Source of the DNA: Eledone cirrhosa
Taxonomy: Eukaryota
Assembly: GCA_964016885.1 (NCBI GenBank)
Contig: OZ024764.1
Span: 11,842,001 to 11,906,000, forward strand
Direction of reading: 5' to 3'
Length of the DNA: 64,000 nt
In this document: positions 1 through 12,900 of the stretch, in pieces
How positions within the stretch are numbered: position 1 is the first letter of the stretch
Layout of the letters: each line of letters opens with the position of its first letter
Made by a program: the position numbers and the translations under genes
Notes under the pieces: model-generated
What the model was told of the DNA's origin: nothing
The model's database searches: none
What the model saw: only the letters and a program-made list of their open reading frames with translations

Positions 1-930
1 AGTAGTATCTTGGGGTGTAACCCTGCCATAGATCGGTGTCTTGTCCAGGTGAGGGTCTTGTATTTTCAGCTGATTAACTGACTTTGATAAGTACCGGTCT
101 CATGAGGCTCCGGGTTTGAGACAGACTTTAACCTTGCAATCGACTGGCGTCCTATCCACGGGAAGTCTCTTGTTACTGTATTTCTAATGAAATACCCAGA
201 CCATGTGTTCCAATTCATGTTGAAAATAAACAATAAAATGTAGGGATTTAATAATACATTTCAACATGTTTCTTTTTTATTCACAGGAAATATATTTAGT
301 GTATTTTGTTTTAAAACTCTTCCTAGTTTTCCCTGTAGCAGCTCTGTTGTCTTTAACTAATATTTACGATGTATTTAAATGTTTCTTTCAATATTGAGAT
401 CAAAGACCGTAAATTGTTGATTCGATCCTTCAACAGTGTTAAATATTTTCTGAAACTGTTGTAAATTAATTTTGTATTCCAGAGCAGATTCTAAGGGTGT
501 GTGTCTCTCCTGTGAGGTATTCCCGGGTGATTTAACGATAGGGTCCACAGCCCAATTACGCTTTTCCCGCCCCCTACATATATATATGTTAGGTAAGTCC
601 GTAATTACAGTTACAGGCGGTGTTAATGTATTTTTACACATAAACTCGCATATCTGATGAGATGTCGAGGTAGAGTCGGGCCCCTATCATTTTGATTGTA
701 TCCTGAGATGATCGATACTAATACGATTGCAAAATGCCAAGTTTTTATATATGCTGCAATTGACTTCGATCCTGCATATATATATATATATATGTACACA
801 CACAGACACACACACACACACATATATGTATATATATGTAAATATTTATATCATCATCACCGTTTTACGTCCGTTCTTCCACGCTAGCATGGGTTAGACG
901 GGTTGTCCTGTTGTGGGCAGTGTCCAGTCG
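1..930 (+). repeat. Segmental duplicate of 6682-~7555 (SINE piece + AT-rich module + Penelope-like piece)
   Basis: Near-identical collinear sequence starting agtagtatcttggggtgtaaccctgcc at 1 and at 6682. Confidence 0.9.
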
Positions 931-1111
931 GCTGACCTTGTCTTGCTCATAAGGGAACTGATTCTGGCTTGATTTCTACATTTGGATACCCTTCCTAACA
1001 CCAACCTCATTTACAGCGAGTGCTGTGTGCTTTTTTCTGTAGCGCCTACACGTCCATTTTACAGTGTGGGCATAATATATGTATATATATATATATGTGT
1101 GTATATATATG

Positions 1112-1158
<47 letters not shown>

Positions 1159-1164
1159 ATATAT

Positions 1165-3700
1165 ATCATCATCATCATCATCATCGTTTAACGTCCATCT
1201 TCCACGCTTGCATGGGTTTGGACGGGAGTTTTACCCGCTTGAGGCAAGAGTGGTTGTCTGGCGGGTTTTCTACGGCTGGATGCCCTTCCTAACACCAACC
1301 ACGTTTACAGTGTGGGGCTGGGAGGTTTTTACCGTGTTACCTACACGGCCACATTACAGCGTGGACTGTGTGTTTTTTTTGTCGTGCCACCTACACGACC
1401 TCATTTGTTTCGGACTGGATGCTCTGGTCCCAACATAACTTTACATTGAAAGGGGGTGGTGTGGATGGGGGTGTATTTTTGTTAGAGGTGCCTACTGACT
1501 GTAGTAGGTTTCACTTTGTACTTAGGTAAGGCGGGTCTTCTGTATTACTGTGTAGCGCCAAAGATCTCGGTTCAGTGACATTGTCTTGGAGAGGTGTAAG
1601 TGTGTCAGGTCGGAATTTATCAAGTCGTCCCAGGTTTTCCTGGGTCTGCCTACTCCGTGGCTACCGTCTATTTTTATTGCCCTGCACTTTTTTATACAGC
1701 TGTCGTCTTTCATGCGCTTCACGTGACCATACCAACGTAGTCTTCTCTCGAGTAAACAACATCTGATCCCTCTTATTTCTAATTTTTCCCTTAGTTCGTT
1801 TATGCTTTGCCGTTCACGTATATTACTATTACACATCCAGCGGAGCATGCAAGCTTCGTTCCTCTCCAGTCTGCGAATATCCTCTGCACACAATGCCCAG
1901 GTCTCACTGCCATGCAACATTGCTGTTCGTATGCAGGCATCATACAGCCTGCCTTTCATTTTTAGAGAGAACCATTTAGCGGCTAATAGTGGTATAAGCT
2001 CTCTGAACTTTTTCCATCCAGTTCTGACTCTAGCTACTGTGCTTTCAGAGCACCCTCCACCACTGCTGATTTTGTCACCCAACTAACGGAAGGTGTCCAC
2101 TATTTCTATAGAACCATCTGTGCAATGAATGAGCTAGTATTCCGTGGGCATTTGCTGCTACTGATTGCACCAGAGCACCGGCCACATATAAAATCTATGT
2201 TCTTAGTTAGCTTACCTGTGATCCCACTACATCTTTTATGCACCCATACTTTGCATTTGGGACATAAAATGGAGTTTCTACCTACTCCTTTCCTACACAC
2301 TGAGTATGGCCATTTCCCGGATGGAACCGGTGCCCTATTTTCCTTCCTACAAACTAGAACTTTAGTCTTAGACAGGTTAATTTTAAGGCCTTTTGATTCT
2401 AGGCCATGCTTCCATGTTTGGAATTTCTTCTGTAGTTCGGCCATTGATTCAGCTATGAGCGTTAGATCATCTGCGTATAGGAGTTCCCATGGGCAGCCGG
2501 TCTTGAACTCCACTGTTATAGCCTGAAGGGCAATAATAAATAGGAGGGGGCTAAGGACGGAGCCCTGATGAACACCAACTTTTACGCTAAACTCTTCACT
2601 ATATTCGTTGTTAATTCTAACCTTGCTGACTGTTTCTTTATACATAGCTAGTATAGCTCTCACAAGCCATTCATCAACACCTAGTTTTCTAAGAGCCCAC
2701 CAGATAATGGAACGGGGGACTCTGTCGAAGGCTTTCTCCAAGTCGACAAAAGCTAAGTATAGGGGTTTACTTTTAGCTAGGTACTTCAACTGTAGTTGTC
2801 GTACAATGAAAAGAGCGTCTGTGGTACTTTTACCTGACACAAACCCGAACTGCATTTCATCTAGATCAATTCTCTCTCTGATTAGTTGCGCTATTACTTT
2901 TTCTGTGACCTTCATGACCTGGTCGATTAATTTAATGCCTCTATAGTTACCCCTATCTAGGGCATCTCCTTTACCCTTGTAGCAGTTAATGATGATGCTG
3001 CTACGCCAGTCCTTCGGAACAACCCCATTCTGTATGACTTGGTTTACTATCCGGGTGACCATGGTGTGTCTCACCGTTCCAGAAGCTTTCAGCATTTCAG
3101 CAACTATTTCCGAAGGAACCAGCTGCTTTACTCGTCTTCATATCTTTGATTGCCTTACTTATTATACTACCTTCGACTAACACTGCTAGTCCCTCTATTG
3201 GGTCGATGTGGGGGAGACTGTCTTTCTCCCATTTAGTAGCCTTTCGTAGTGACACTTCCAAGCAACCTTCACCGTCATCATTAAGGACACACTTCTCCCC
3301 GACAATATCACGTTTTTCCTTGACACATTGCCTAGCAATCCTGAACACCTTACGTTTTTGGTCCTCGCGTTGTAGAACATGCTTGAACTTTCTTTCCTCT
3401 GCTTCCCTTCTTGCGAAGTACACTTTTATCCTAGCTTCCCTCCTGGCCACTTGATAGTCTTCTCTACTTCCCCCATCTCGCCATACTTTCCAAGCCTGCT
3501 TTTTGGCCTTAATTGACTCCTCCACCTTACTTTTCCACCACCATGTTTCTCTCCTCCTGCCTATAGGCCTGCTCCAGCCACAGACTTCGTCTGCCACCAT
3601 CAGCAGGTTTGCTTTCAGGAATTCCCACTGTTCCTCTATATTTTACGAATCTAATTGATCTTCCGTACTGTTGAAAGCATCAAGTAATATGCTTTTAAAT
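1165..3700 (-). mobile_element. RTE-clade LINE, 5'-truncated, frameshifted RT, with 3' UTR and (ATG)n tail
   Basis: ORFs 3097-3600, 2106-3095 and 1522-2082 are consecutive pieces of one ORF: NYRGIKL, FVDLEKAFDRVPR, GVHQGSVLSPLLF, LLYADDL, CxxC..WVHKRC, RRLRWYGHV, GRPRKTW. (CAT)n at ~1166-1186. Confidence 0.92.
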
Positions 3701-3769
3701 TTATTATTGGCTATGGGGTCCTTATGTATATATGTGTGTGTATGTATATATATATATGTGTGTATATGT

Positions 3770-4645
3770 ATATCATCATCATCATTTTACGTCCGCTTTT
3801 TCCTGCTTGCAAGGGTGGGACGGGTCCTATTCCGCACAGCATCTCTCCAATTGTCACGGTCCTTCATCATCTCCGTGAGCTTCAGCGATCTGAGGTCTGA
3901 TCTCACCACCTCTGCCCATGCTTTTCGTGGTCTTCCTCTAGTGCGTCTTCCTTCCACTGGGATTACTTGGCACTTCTTTACCCAGCGGTCATCCTCCATG
4001 AGCATCACATGTCCATACCATCGCAGTCTACTCTCCCGCACGCTACAACTTATTCCTCTTATACACAGTTTCTCTCTCAAGTCATCCATGCTTGGTCATT
4101 CACGCACATTGACATTGCACATCCAACGGAGCATGCTTGCTTCATTTCTCTCCAGCCGTCTCATATCCTCTGTAGTTGCTGCCCATGTCTCACTACCATG
4201 CAGCATCGCGCATCTCACACAGGCATTATATAACCGGCCTTTCGTACGCAGGGAGAAACCCTTCTTTGTCAACAGAGGAAGCAGCACCCTAAACTTCTTC
4301 CTAGCCGTCCTTATTCTAGATACTATGGCCTCGGAACCCCACCCCTCTCTCTCTCTCTTGCTAATCTGATCACCTAGGTACCGGAAGCTATCAAGCACTT
4401 CTTTAGAACCTACCTGCATTTGAAAAATGTGTCTATCACAGCGATTACTACTGTCAACTTTCCCTATACATCTACTGCATACGTAGTTTTCCCTACCTGT
4501 TAGTTTGCCTGCTATCCCACTACATCTCTTGTGTACCCGAGATCTGCATTGTGTACATTTTATAGAGTTTATGCCAGTTCCTTTGCTACTTATCAACACT
4601 TTTGTCTTAGCTAGGTTCACTCTCGGTCCTCTTGATTCCAACTGC
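3770..4645 (-). mobile_element. RTE LINE 3' fragment (second subfamily)
   Basis: ORFs 4096-4641 and 3787-4089: FRYLGD, AMLHGSETW, RLRWYGHV, GRPRKAW; (CAT)n tail. Confidence 0.88.
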
Positions 4646-4829
4646 TGGAATCATAGCTGAAGTTTTGATCAGTGTTCACAGATCGATATCGATTAACTTT
4701 TCCCCATTAGGTGAGAGGGTGATATTTTCAGCTAGTGCCATCATAACCTCCAGTTGACCCATTCCCTGTGAGTGAAATTTAGTAGACAGAAACAGTCTGG
4801 AAGCCTGTAGGATGGACTGTAGCTACTGG

Positions 4830-5030
4830 CCGCCCTCCGACATGTTCGCGGTCGTGCCCTTGGCCCTAGAGCTACCTCCCTACTCACCACCATTGGCGCT
4901 GAGCCGGCCAGCCACAAGTGTGAGCCTCTCGAGTTGGAATGGCTCTTCCAGCGCATCTCCCTTACCATCCTCCGGGGAAACACCTTCTCCATTCTGTCCG
5001 CCGGGGCTGTGGGGGGGAGTCCAGCACGTG
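4830..5030 (+). mobile_element. CRE-like (RLE) non-LTR retrotransposon 3' coding fragment
   Basis: Translates ...EPLELEWLFQRISLTILRGNTFSIL, matching the CRE-clade C-terminal motif QRISLAIQRGNA. Confidence 0.7.
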
Positions 5031-5239
5031 GGACCCCTATTTGCTCACCATACGGAGAGATGGAGGTGATGACAGTGGGAGTTGTAGTATGGCCAGGTTT
5101 GTTAGATAATGCTGTAGCATGGCCACGACTGTTTAGATGGTGCTGTAGCATGGCCAGATTTGTTAGAAGCTGCTGTAGTATGGCCTGGCTGCTTAGGTGT
5201 TGCTGTAGCATGGCCAAACTTCTTAAATTGAACTGTAGC

Positions 5240-5900
5240 ATGGCCTGGCTGTTTAGACGGAGCCCCGTTATACGGCTTGGATTCTTGGAACTTGTCTTTC
5301 TAAGTTTCGCGCATGCGCATTCAATTCCATCCGAACCAAGAAGAAAAAAATGGCCGTCACTTTGTAGAATTTTTCCAGCTCTACAAAAACTCTTTCAAAA
5401 TGGTTTCAAAAGAGACAGTTGCAGTTTTCTGAAAGGTAACGTAGATTTATATATTATGTTGAGATATTTTGGTAAATCTTTCCTCCTTAGTTCCCTCCAT
5501 AATCAACCATTTTAACAGTCTTTCTCTTCCGTATTTCTAATGAAATACACAGACCACGTGTTCCAATTCATGTTGAAAATAAACAATAAAATGTAGAGAT
5601 TTAATAATAAATTTCAACATGTTTCTTTTTTATTCACAGGAAATATATTTAGTGTAGGTTTTTAAAACTCTTCCTAGTTTTCCCTGTAGCAGCTCTGTTG
5701 TCTTTAACTAATATTTACGATGTATTTAAATGGTTCTTTCAATATTGAGATCAAAGACCGTAAATTGTTGATTCGATTCTTCAACAGTGTTAAATATTTT
5801 CTGAATCTATTGTAAATTAATTTTGTATTCTGGAGCAGATTCTAAGGGTGTGTGTCTCTCCTGTGAGGTATTCCCGGGGGTTTTAACGATAGGGTTCACA
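5240..5900. repeat. Inverted segmental duplicate of ~31283-31943
   Basis: The reverse complement is near-identical; both give the same spurious peptide KKWPSLCRIFPALQKL...HNQPF. Confidence 0.88.
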
Positions 5901-7644
5901 GTGCAGTTATTCAATCCCCACCCCTACACATATATATTAGGTAAGACCTTAATTACAGGGGAAATGGTCTGTTGTTGTCCTTCTTCCTGTGACTTCCGTC
6001 CTTGTGGGTGGCTCTACAGGTGTTTTCGAAAGAGAAGACAGCTTGTTGTTGTTGAGACACTTGGCTATCGTTAACCTGTTGTGTGTGGGTCACTTAATCT
6101 GGATGGAGATCACCTTTGTTGTTCTTCCTCTACCAGATCCAGCTGGAACTCCTCTCCACCTCCTCTGCTATAGTCTTTAGTACTTTGGTCCTGTTCCACC
6201 CAGTTACACAGAGATATTTCATCAGATTGTAGGCAGATATTTCTACCAACCCTCTCCCTCCATCCTGTGGGGTGGGGACTTTACCCTGGAAATCTACTTT
6301 TTAAATAACTTTCTCTCTCCTGTATGTCTGGCATTCTCGTAATCATAGCTGAAGTGTTGATCAGTGTTAACAGATCGATATCGATTCACTTTTCCCCATT
6401 AGGTGAGAGGGTGACATCTTGGGCATGTGTCATCATAACCTCCAGTTGACCCATGCCCTGTGAGTGAAATTTAGTAGACAGAAACTGTCTGGAAGCCTGT
6501 ACCTGTAATTAAGTCAATCTTGTCACACACCGTGTCAACCTTCAGTATTTCTCCCCATAGTGGTGACAGTGTTGGACTTACGATCATAATGTGATAAGTT
6601 CCATTCCTGGGTTGTGTTGTGTTTTTGAGCAAAACACTTCATTTCACGTGGCTCCAGTATACTTAGTTTAACATGAGTACCAGTAGTATCTTGGGGTGTA
6701 ACCCTGCCATAGATCGGTGTCTTGTCCAGGTGAGGGTCTTGTATTTTCAGCTGATTAACTGACTTTGATAAGTACCGGTCTCATGAGGCTCCGGGTTTGA
6801 GACAGACTTTAACCTTGCAATCGACTGGCGTCCTATCCAGGGGAAGTCTCTTGTTACTGTATTTCTAATGAAATACCCAGACCATGTGTTCCAATTCATG
6901 TTGAAAATAAACAATAAAATGTAGGGATTTAATAATACATTTCAACATGTTTCTTTTTTATTCACAGGAAATATATTTAGTGTATTTTGTTTTAAAACTC
7001 TTCCTAGTTTTCCCTGTAGCAGCTCTGTTGTCTTTAACTAATATTTACGATGTATTTAAATGTTTCTTTCAATATTGAGATCAAAGACCGTAAATTGTTG
7101 ATTCGATCCTTCAACAGTGTTAAATATTTTCTGAAACTGTTGTAAATTAATTTTGTATTCCAGAGCAGATTCTAAGGGTGTGTGTCTCTCCTGTGAGGTA
7201 TTCCCGGGGGTTTTAACGATAGGGTCCACAACCCAATTACCTGATCCCCGCCCCCCTACATATATATATGTTAGGTAAGTCCGTAATTACAGTTACAGGC
7301 GGTGTTAATGTATTTTTACACATATAAACTCGCATATCTGATGAGATGTCGAGGTAGAGTCGGGCCCCTATCATTTTGATTGTACCCTGAGATGATCGAT
7401 TCTAATACGATTGCAAAATGCCAAGTTTTTATATATGCTGCAATTGACTTCGATCCTGCATATATATATATATATATGTAAGTATATATATTATCACCGT
7501 GTTACGTCCGTTCTTCCACGTTAGACGGGTTGTCCTGTTGTGGGCAGTGTCCGTGTGGTCCTAATATATGTGTATATGTATGTATATATTTATATATATA
7601 TGTGTATATGTATGTATATATATGTGTGTGTATATGTATATATA

Positions 7645-8880
7645 TATCATCATCATCATTTTACGTCCGCTTTTCCCTGCTTGCAAGGGTGGAATGGGTC
7701 CTATTCAGCACAGCATCTCTCCACTTGTCACGGTCCTTCTTCATCTCCTCCGTGAGTTTCAGCGATCTGAGGACAGCTCTCACCACCTCCGTCTATGTTT
7801 TTCGTGGTCTTCCTCTACTGCCTCTTCCTTCCACTGGGATTTCTTGCCACTTCTTTACCCAGCGCTCATCCTCCATGTACATCACATGTCCATACTATCT
7901 CAGTCTTCTCTCCCCTACACTCCAACTTATCCCTCTTATACCCAGTTCCTCTCTCAACTCATCCATGCTTGGTCGTTCACGCACATTGACATTACACATC
8001 CAACGGAGAATGCTTGCTTCATTTCTCTTCGAAACCGGCCTCTCGTACGCAGGGAGAAACCCTTCTTTGTTAACAGAGGAAGCAGCTCCCTAAACTTCTT
8101 CGAACCTGTCCTTATTCTAGATACTATGTCCTCGGAACACCCTCCTCCCGTGCAATTCTGATCACCTAGGTACCGGAAGCTATCAACCACTTCTATAGAA
8201 CCCACCTGCATTTGAAAAATGTGTCTATCACTGCGACTTCTACTGTCAAATTTCCCTGTACATCTACTGCATACGTATTTCTCCTTACCTGTTAGTTTGC
8301 CTGCTATCCCACTACATTTCTTGTGTACCCAAGATCTGCATTGTGTACATTTTATAGAGTTTGTGCCAGTTCCTTTGCTACTTATCAACACTTTTGTCTT
8401 AGCTAGGTTCACTCTCAGTCCTCTTGATTCCAACTGCTGTTTTCATAGCCAGGATTTATTTTCTAGCTCCTCTACTGATTCTGCTATAAGAACCAGATTG
8501 TCAGCATAGAGAAGTTCCCATGAACAGCCAGTCTTAAACTCCTCAGTTATGGCTTGGAGGACTATAATGAACAAGAGTTTGCTGAGGACCGAACCCTGAT
8601 CTACTACTACTTGTATCTGGAATTCCTCACTTACAGACAGCACCTCTGTGCAAAGCTTGCACTCTCCTCACGAGCCATTCCTCTACACCTAGTTTCATTA
8701 GGGACCACCAGATGACAGATTGGGGTACCCTATCAAAGGCCTTCTCTAAGAACCTCTCGTAGTTGTCACACTAAGTAGAGGGCATCTGTTGTACTTTTCC
8801 CAGTCACAAAACCAAACTGCATCTCATCTAATTTGACCATTTCTCTAATTAGTTGCGCTAATATTCTCTCTACCACTTTC
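7645..8880 (-). mobile_element. Degenerate RTE LINE fragment, related to 3770-4645
   Basis: QGSVLSKLLF, ELLYADNL, WVHKKCSG, FRYLGD, with stops and deletions. Confidence 0.87.
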
Positions 8881-9110
8881 AGTAGAGGGTGTATCTTGTG
8901 ATATGGTCTTGTAGGTGGCCTTGACCAGTAAGGGTGTATCTTGTGCCATGGTCTTGTAGGTGGCCTTGACCAGTAAGGGTGTATCTTGTGCCATGGTCTT
9001 GTAGGTGGCCTTGACCAGTAGAGGGTGTATCTGTTGCTATGCTCTTGTAGGTGGACTTGACCAGTAGCGGGTATGTCTGTTGCTATGGTTTTGTAGGTGG
9101 CTTTGCTCTA
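8880..9110 (+). repeat. ~45-bp minisatellite, about 5 copies
   Basis: Unit gaccagtaagggtgtatcttgtgccatggtcttgtaggtggcctt. Confidence 0.85.
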
Positions 9111-9939
9111 GGAAGTGGACTTCACTGAGAACAGCAATGTCAACATACTCAGGGTGACCCTGTCTAGCAAGGTCCTGAGGTTCCAGCATGTGGTTTTCAG
9201 TCCATTGAAAGTGGGTGTTTACCTTTTATTCTTTGTTGATTTCCGGCCACATGAAAACATGCCCGTTGACCACTGGATGGTGTAAGAGACAAGCTGGGGG
9301 AATACCTCCATCTTCTTCAAACTTACTTCCAGTCTAGAGAGCTGGAAGTGATACGCAGCAAGACACTTTCTCTGTGATAAAAGAATGGGCCTGCCTTTTA
9401 ACGTCCCTCATACTGTATACTGTTGTTTAGGACAACTTTTCTAGACCCCTCTCCACATACAGCAAGCAGTACTGTCCCTAGAGAAGGCTGCCTGGTCATT
9501 CTGTGTGTGCCGAGTGATATTGTCCCCGGATCAACATCAAACGACGAGATCCCCTGCATATAGAAGTGGGATTACTGCTTCCAGTGTTGAAAATAAACAA
9601 TAAAATGTAGGGATTTAATAATAAAATTCAACATGTTTCTTTTTATTCACAAAAAATATATCTAGTGTAGTTTTTTTAAAACTCTTCCTAGTTTTCCCTG
9701 TAGCAGCTCTGTTACCTGTATTTAAATACTTCGTTCAAGATTGAGATCAAAGACCGTAAATATCTAACGATAGCAACAGTTGACTGATAAAATGACAAGT
9801 CAGTCATATTGATGGCCTCCCCGCAGCCCCGGGGGTCAGAATGGAGGAGCGTTTCCCCGGAGGACGGCAAGGGAGACGCGCGGGAAAAGCCATTCCAACT
9901 CGTGAGGCTCACACCTGCGGCTGGCCAACTCTGTATCTG

Positions 9940-12900
9940 TGGTGGTGAGTAGGGAGGTAGCCCTAGGGCCGAGGACACCAGAAGTCTCCACTGCTACAGG
10001 TAGCCAGCTCGTCACCTATGGTGGTGAAGAGGGGGGTAGCCCTGGGGCCAAGGACACCAGAAGTCTCCACTGTTACAGGTAGCCCTAGGGCAAAGGACGC
10101 CAGAAGTCTCCACTGCTACAGGTAGCCAGTTCTGCACCTATGGTGGTGAGTAGGGAGGTAGCCCTACGGCCAAGGACACCAGAAGTCTCCACTGCTACAG
10201 GTAGCCAGCTCTGCACCTATGGTGGTGAGTGGAGAGGTAGCCCTAGGGCGAAGGACAACGGAAGTCTCCACAGCTACAGGTATCCCTAGGGCAAAGGAGA
10301 CCAGAAGTCTCCACTGCTACAGGTAACCCTAGGGCAAAGGACACCAGAGGTCTCCACTGTTACAGGTAGCCAGCTCTTCTCCTATGGTGGTGAGTAGGGA
10401 GGTAGCCCTAGGGCCAAGGACACCAGAAGTCTCCACTGCTACAGGTAGCCCTGGGGTCGTGGTCACCAGAAGTCTCCACTGCTACAGGTAGCCCTAGGGC
10501 AAAGGACACCAGAGGTCTCCACTGTTACAGGTAGCCAGCTCTTCACCTATGGTGGTGAGTAGGGAGGTAGCCCTAGGGCCAAGGACACAAGAAGTCTCCA
10601 CTGCTACAGGTAGCCCTGGGGTCGTGGTCACCAGAAGTCTCCACTGCTACAGGTAGCCCTAGGGCAAAGGACACCAGAAGTCTCCACTGCTACAGGTTGC
10701 CAGCTCGTCACCTATGGTGGTGAGTAGAGAGGTAGCCCTAGGGCCAAGGACACCAGAAGTCTCCACTGCTACAGGTAGCCCTAGGGCAAAGGACACCAGA
10801 AGTCTCCACTGCTACAGGTAGCCAGCTCAGCGCCTATGGTGGTGAGTAGGGAGGTAGCCCTAGGGCAAAGGACACCAGAAGTCTCCACTGCTACAGGTAG
10901 CCCGAGGGCCAAGGACACCAGAAGTCTCCACTGCTACAGGTAGCCAGCTCTGCACCTATGGTGGTGAGTAGGGAGGTAGCCCTAGGGCCAAGGACACCAG
11001 AAGTCTCCACTGCTACAGGTAGCCCGAGGGCCAAGGGCACCAGAAGTCTCCACTGCTACAGGTAGCCAGCTCTGCACCTATGGTGGTGAGTAGGGAGGTA
11101 GCCCTAGGGCCAAGGACACCAGAAGTCTCCACTGCTACAGGTAGCCAGCTCTGCACCTATGGTGGTGAGTAGGGAGGTAGCCCTAGGGCAAAGGACACCA
11201 GAAGTCTCCACTGCTACAGGTAGCCCGAGGGCCAAGGACACCAGAAGTCTCCACTGCTACAGGTAGCCAGCTCTGCACCTATGGTGGTGAGTAGGGAGGT
11301 AGCCCTAGGGCCAAGGACACCAGAAGTCTCCACTGCTACAGGTAGTCAGGTCTGCACCTATGGTGGTGAAGAGGGAGGTAGCCCTAGGGCCAAGGACACC
11401 AGAAGTCTCCACTGCTACAGGTAGCCAGCTCGTCACCTATGGTGGTGAAGAGGGAGGTAGCCCTAGGGCCAAGGACACCAGAAGTCTCCACTGCTACAGG
11501 TAGCCAGCTCGTCACCTATGGTGGTGAAGAGGGAGGTAGCCCTAGGGCCAAGGACACCAGAAGTCTCCACTGCTACAGGTAGCCAGCTCGTCACCTATGG
11601 TGGTAAAGAGGGAGGTAGCCCTAGGGCCAAGGACACCAGAAATCTCCACTGCTACAGGTAGCCAGCTCTGCACCTATGGTGGTGAAGAGGGAGGTAGCCC
11701 TAGGGCCAAGGACACCAGAAGTCTCCACTGCTACAGGTAGCCAGCTCTGCACCTATGGTGGTGAGTAGGGAGGTAGCCCTAGGGCCAAGGACACCAGAAG
11801 TCTCCACTGCTACAAGTAGCCAGCTCGTCATCTATGGTGGTGAAGAGGGAGGTAGCCCTAGGGCCAAGGACACCAGAAGTCTCCACTGCTACAGGTAGCC
11901 CTAGGGCCAAGGACACCAGAAATCTCCACTGCTACAGGTAGCCAGCTCGTCACCTATGGTGGTGAAGAGGGAGGTAGCCCTAGGGCCAAGGACACCAGAA
12001 ATCTCCACTGCTACAGGTAGCCAGCTCGTCACCTATGGTGGTGAAGAGGGAGGTAGCCCTAGGGCCAAGGACACCAGAAGTCTCCACTGCTACAGGTAGC
12101 CAGCTCGTCACCTATGGTGGTGAAGAGGGAGGTAGCCCTAGGGCCAAGGACACCAGAAGTCTCCACTGCTACAGGTAGCCAGCTCGTCACCTATGGTGGT
12201 GAAGAGGGAGGTAGCCCTAGGGCCAAGGACACCAGAAGTCTCCACTGCTACAGGTAGCCAGCTCGTCACCTATGGTGGTGAAGAGGGAGGTAGCCCTAGG
12301 GCCAAGGACACCAGAAGTCTCCACTGCTACAGGTAGCCAGCTCGTCACCTATGGTGGTGAAGAGGGAGGTAGCCCTAGGGCCAAGGACACCAGAAGTCTC
12401 CACTGCTACAGGTAGCCAGCTCTGCACCTATGGTGGTGAAGAGGGAGGTAGCCCTAGGGCCAAGGACACCAGAAGTCTCCACTGCTACAGGTAGCCAGCT
12501 CGTCACCTATGGTGGTGAAGAGGGAGGTAGCCCTAGGGCCAAGGACACCAGAAGTCTCCACTGCTACAGGTAGCCAGCTCTGCACCTATGGTGGTGAGTA
12601 GGGAGGTAGCCCTAGGGCCAAGGACACCAGAAGTCTCCACTGCTACAGGTAGCCAGCTCTTCACCTATGGTGGTGAGTAGGGAGGTAGCCCTAGGGCCAA
12701 GGACACAAGAAGTCTCCACTGCTACAGGTAGCCCTGGGGTCGTGGTCACCAGAAGTCTCCACTGCTACAGGTAGCCCTAGGGCAAAGGACACCAGAAGTC
12801 TCCACTGCTACAGGTTGCCAGCTCGTCACCTATGGTGGTGAGTAGAGAGGTAGCCCTAGGGCCAAGGACACCAGAAGTCTCCACTGCTACAGGTAGCCCT

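Noticed and set aside
645-740. CTGATGA hammerhead-like core (also ~7337 and ~21751)
   Set aside because: GAAA is replaced by GATA/GATT and stems II and III do not form convincingly; at best dead Penelope relics.
2106-3095. Active reverse transcriptase gene
   Set aside because: The ORF is split by frameshifts and lacks the endonuclease and 5' end; it is a decayed copy.
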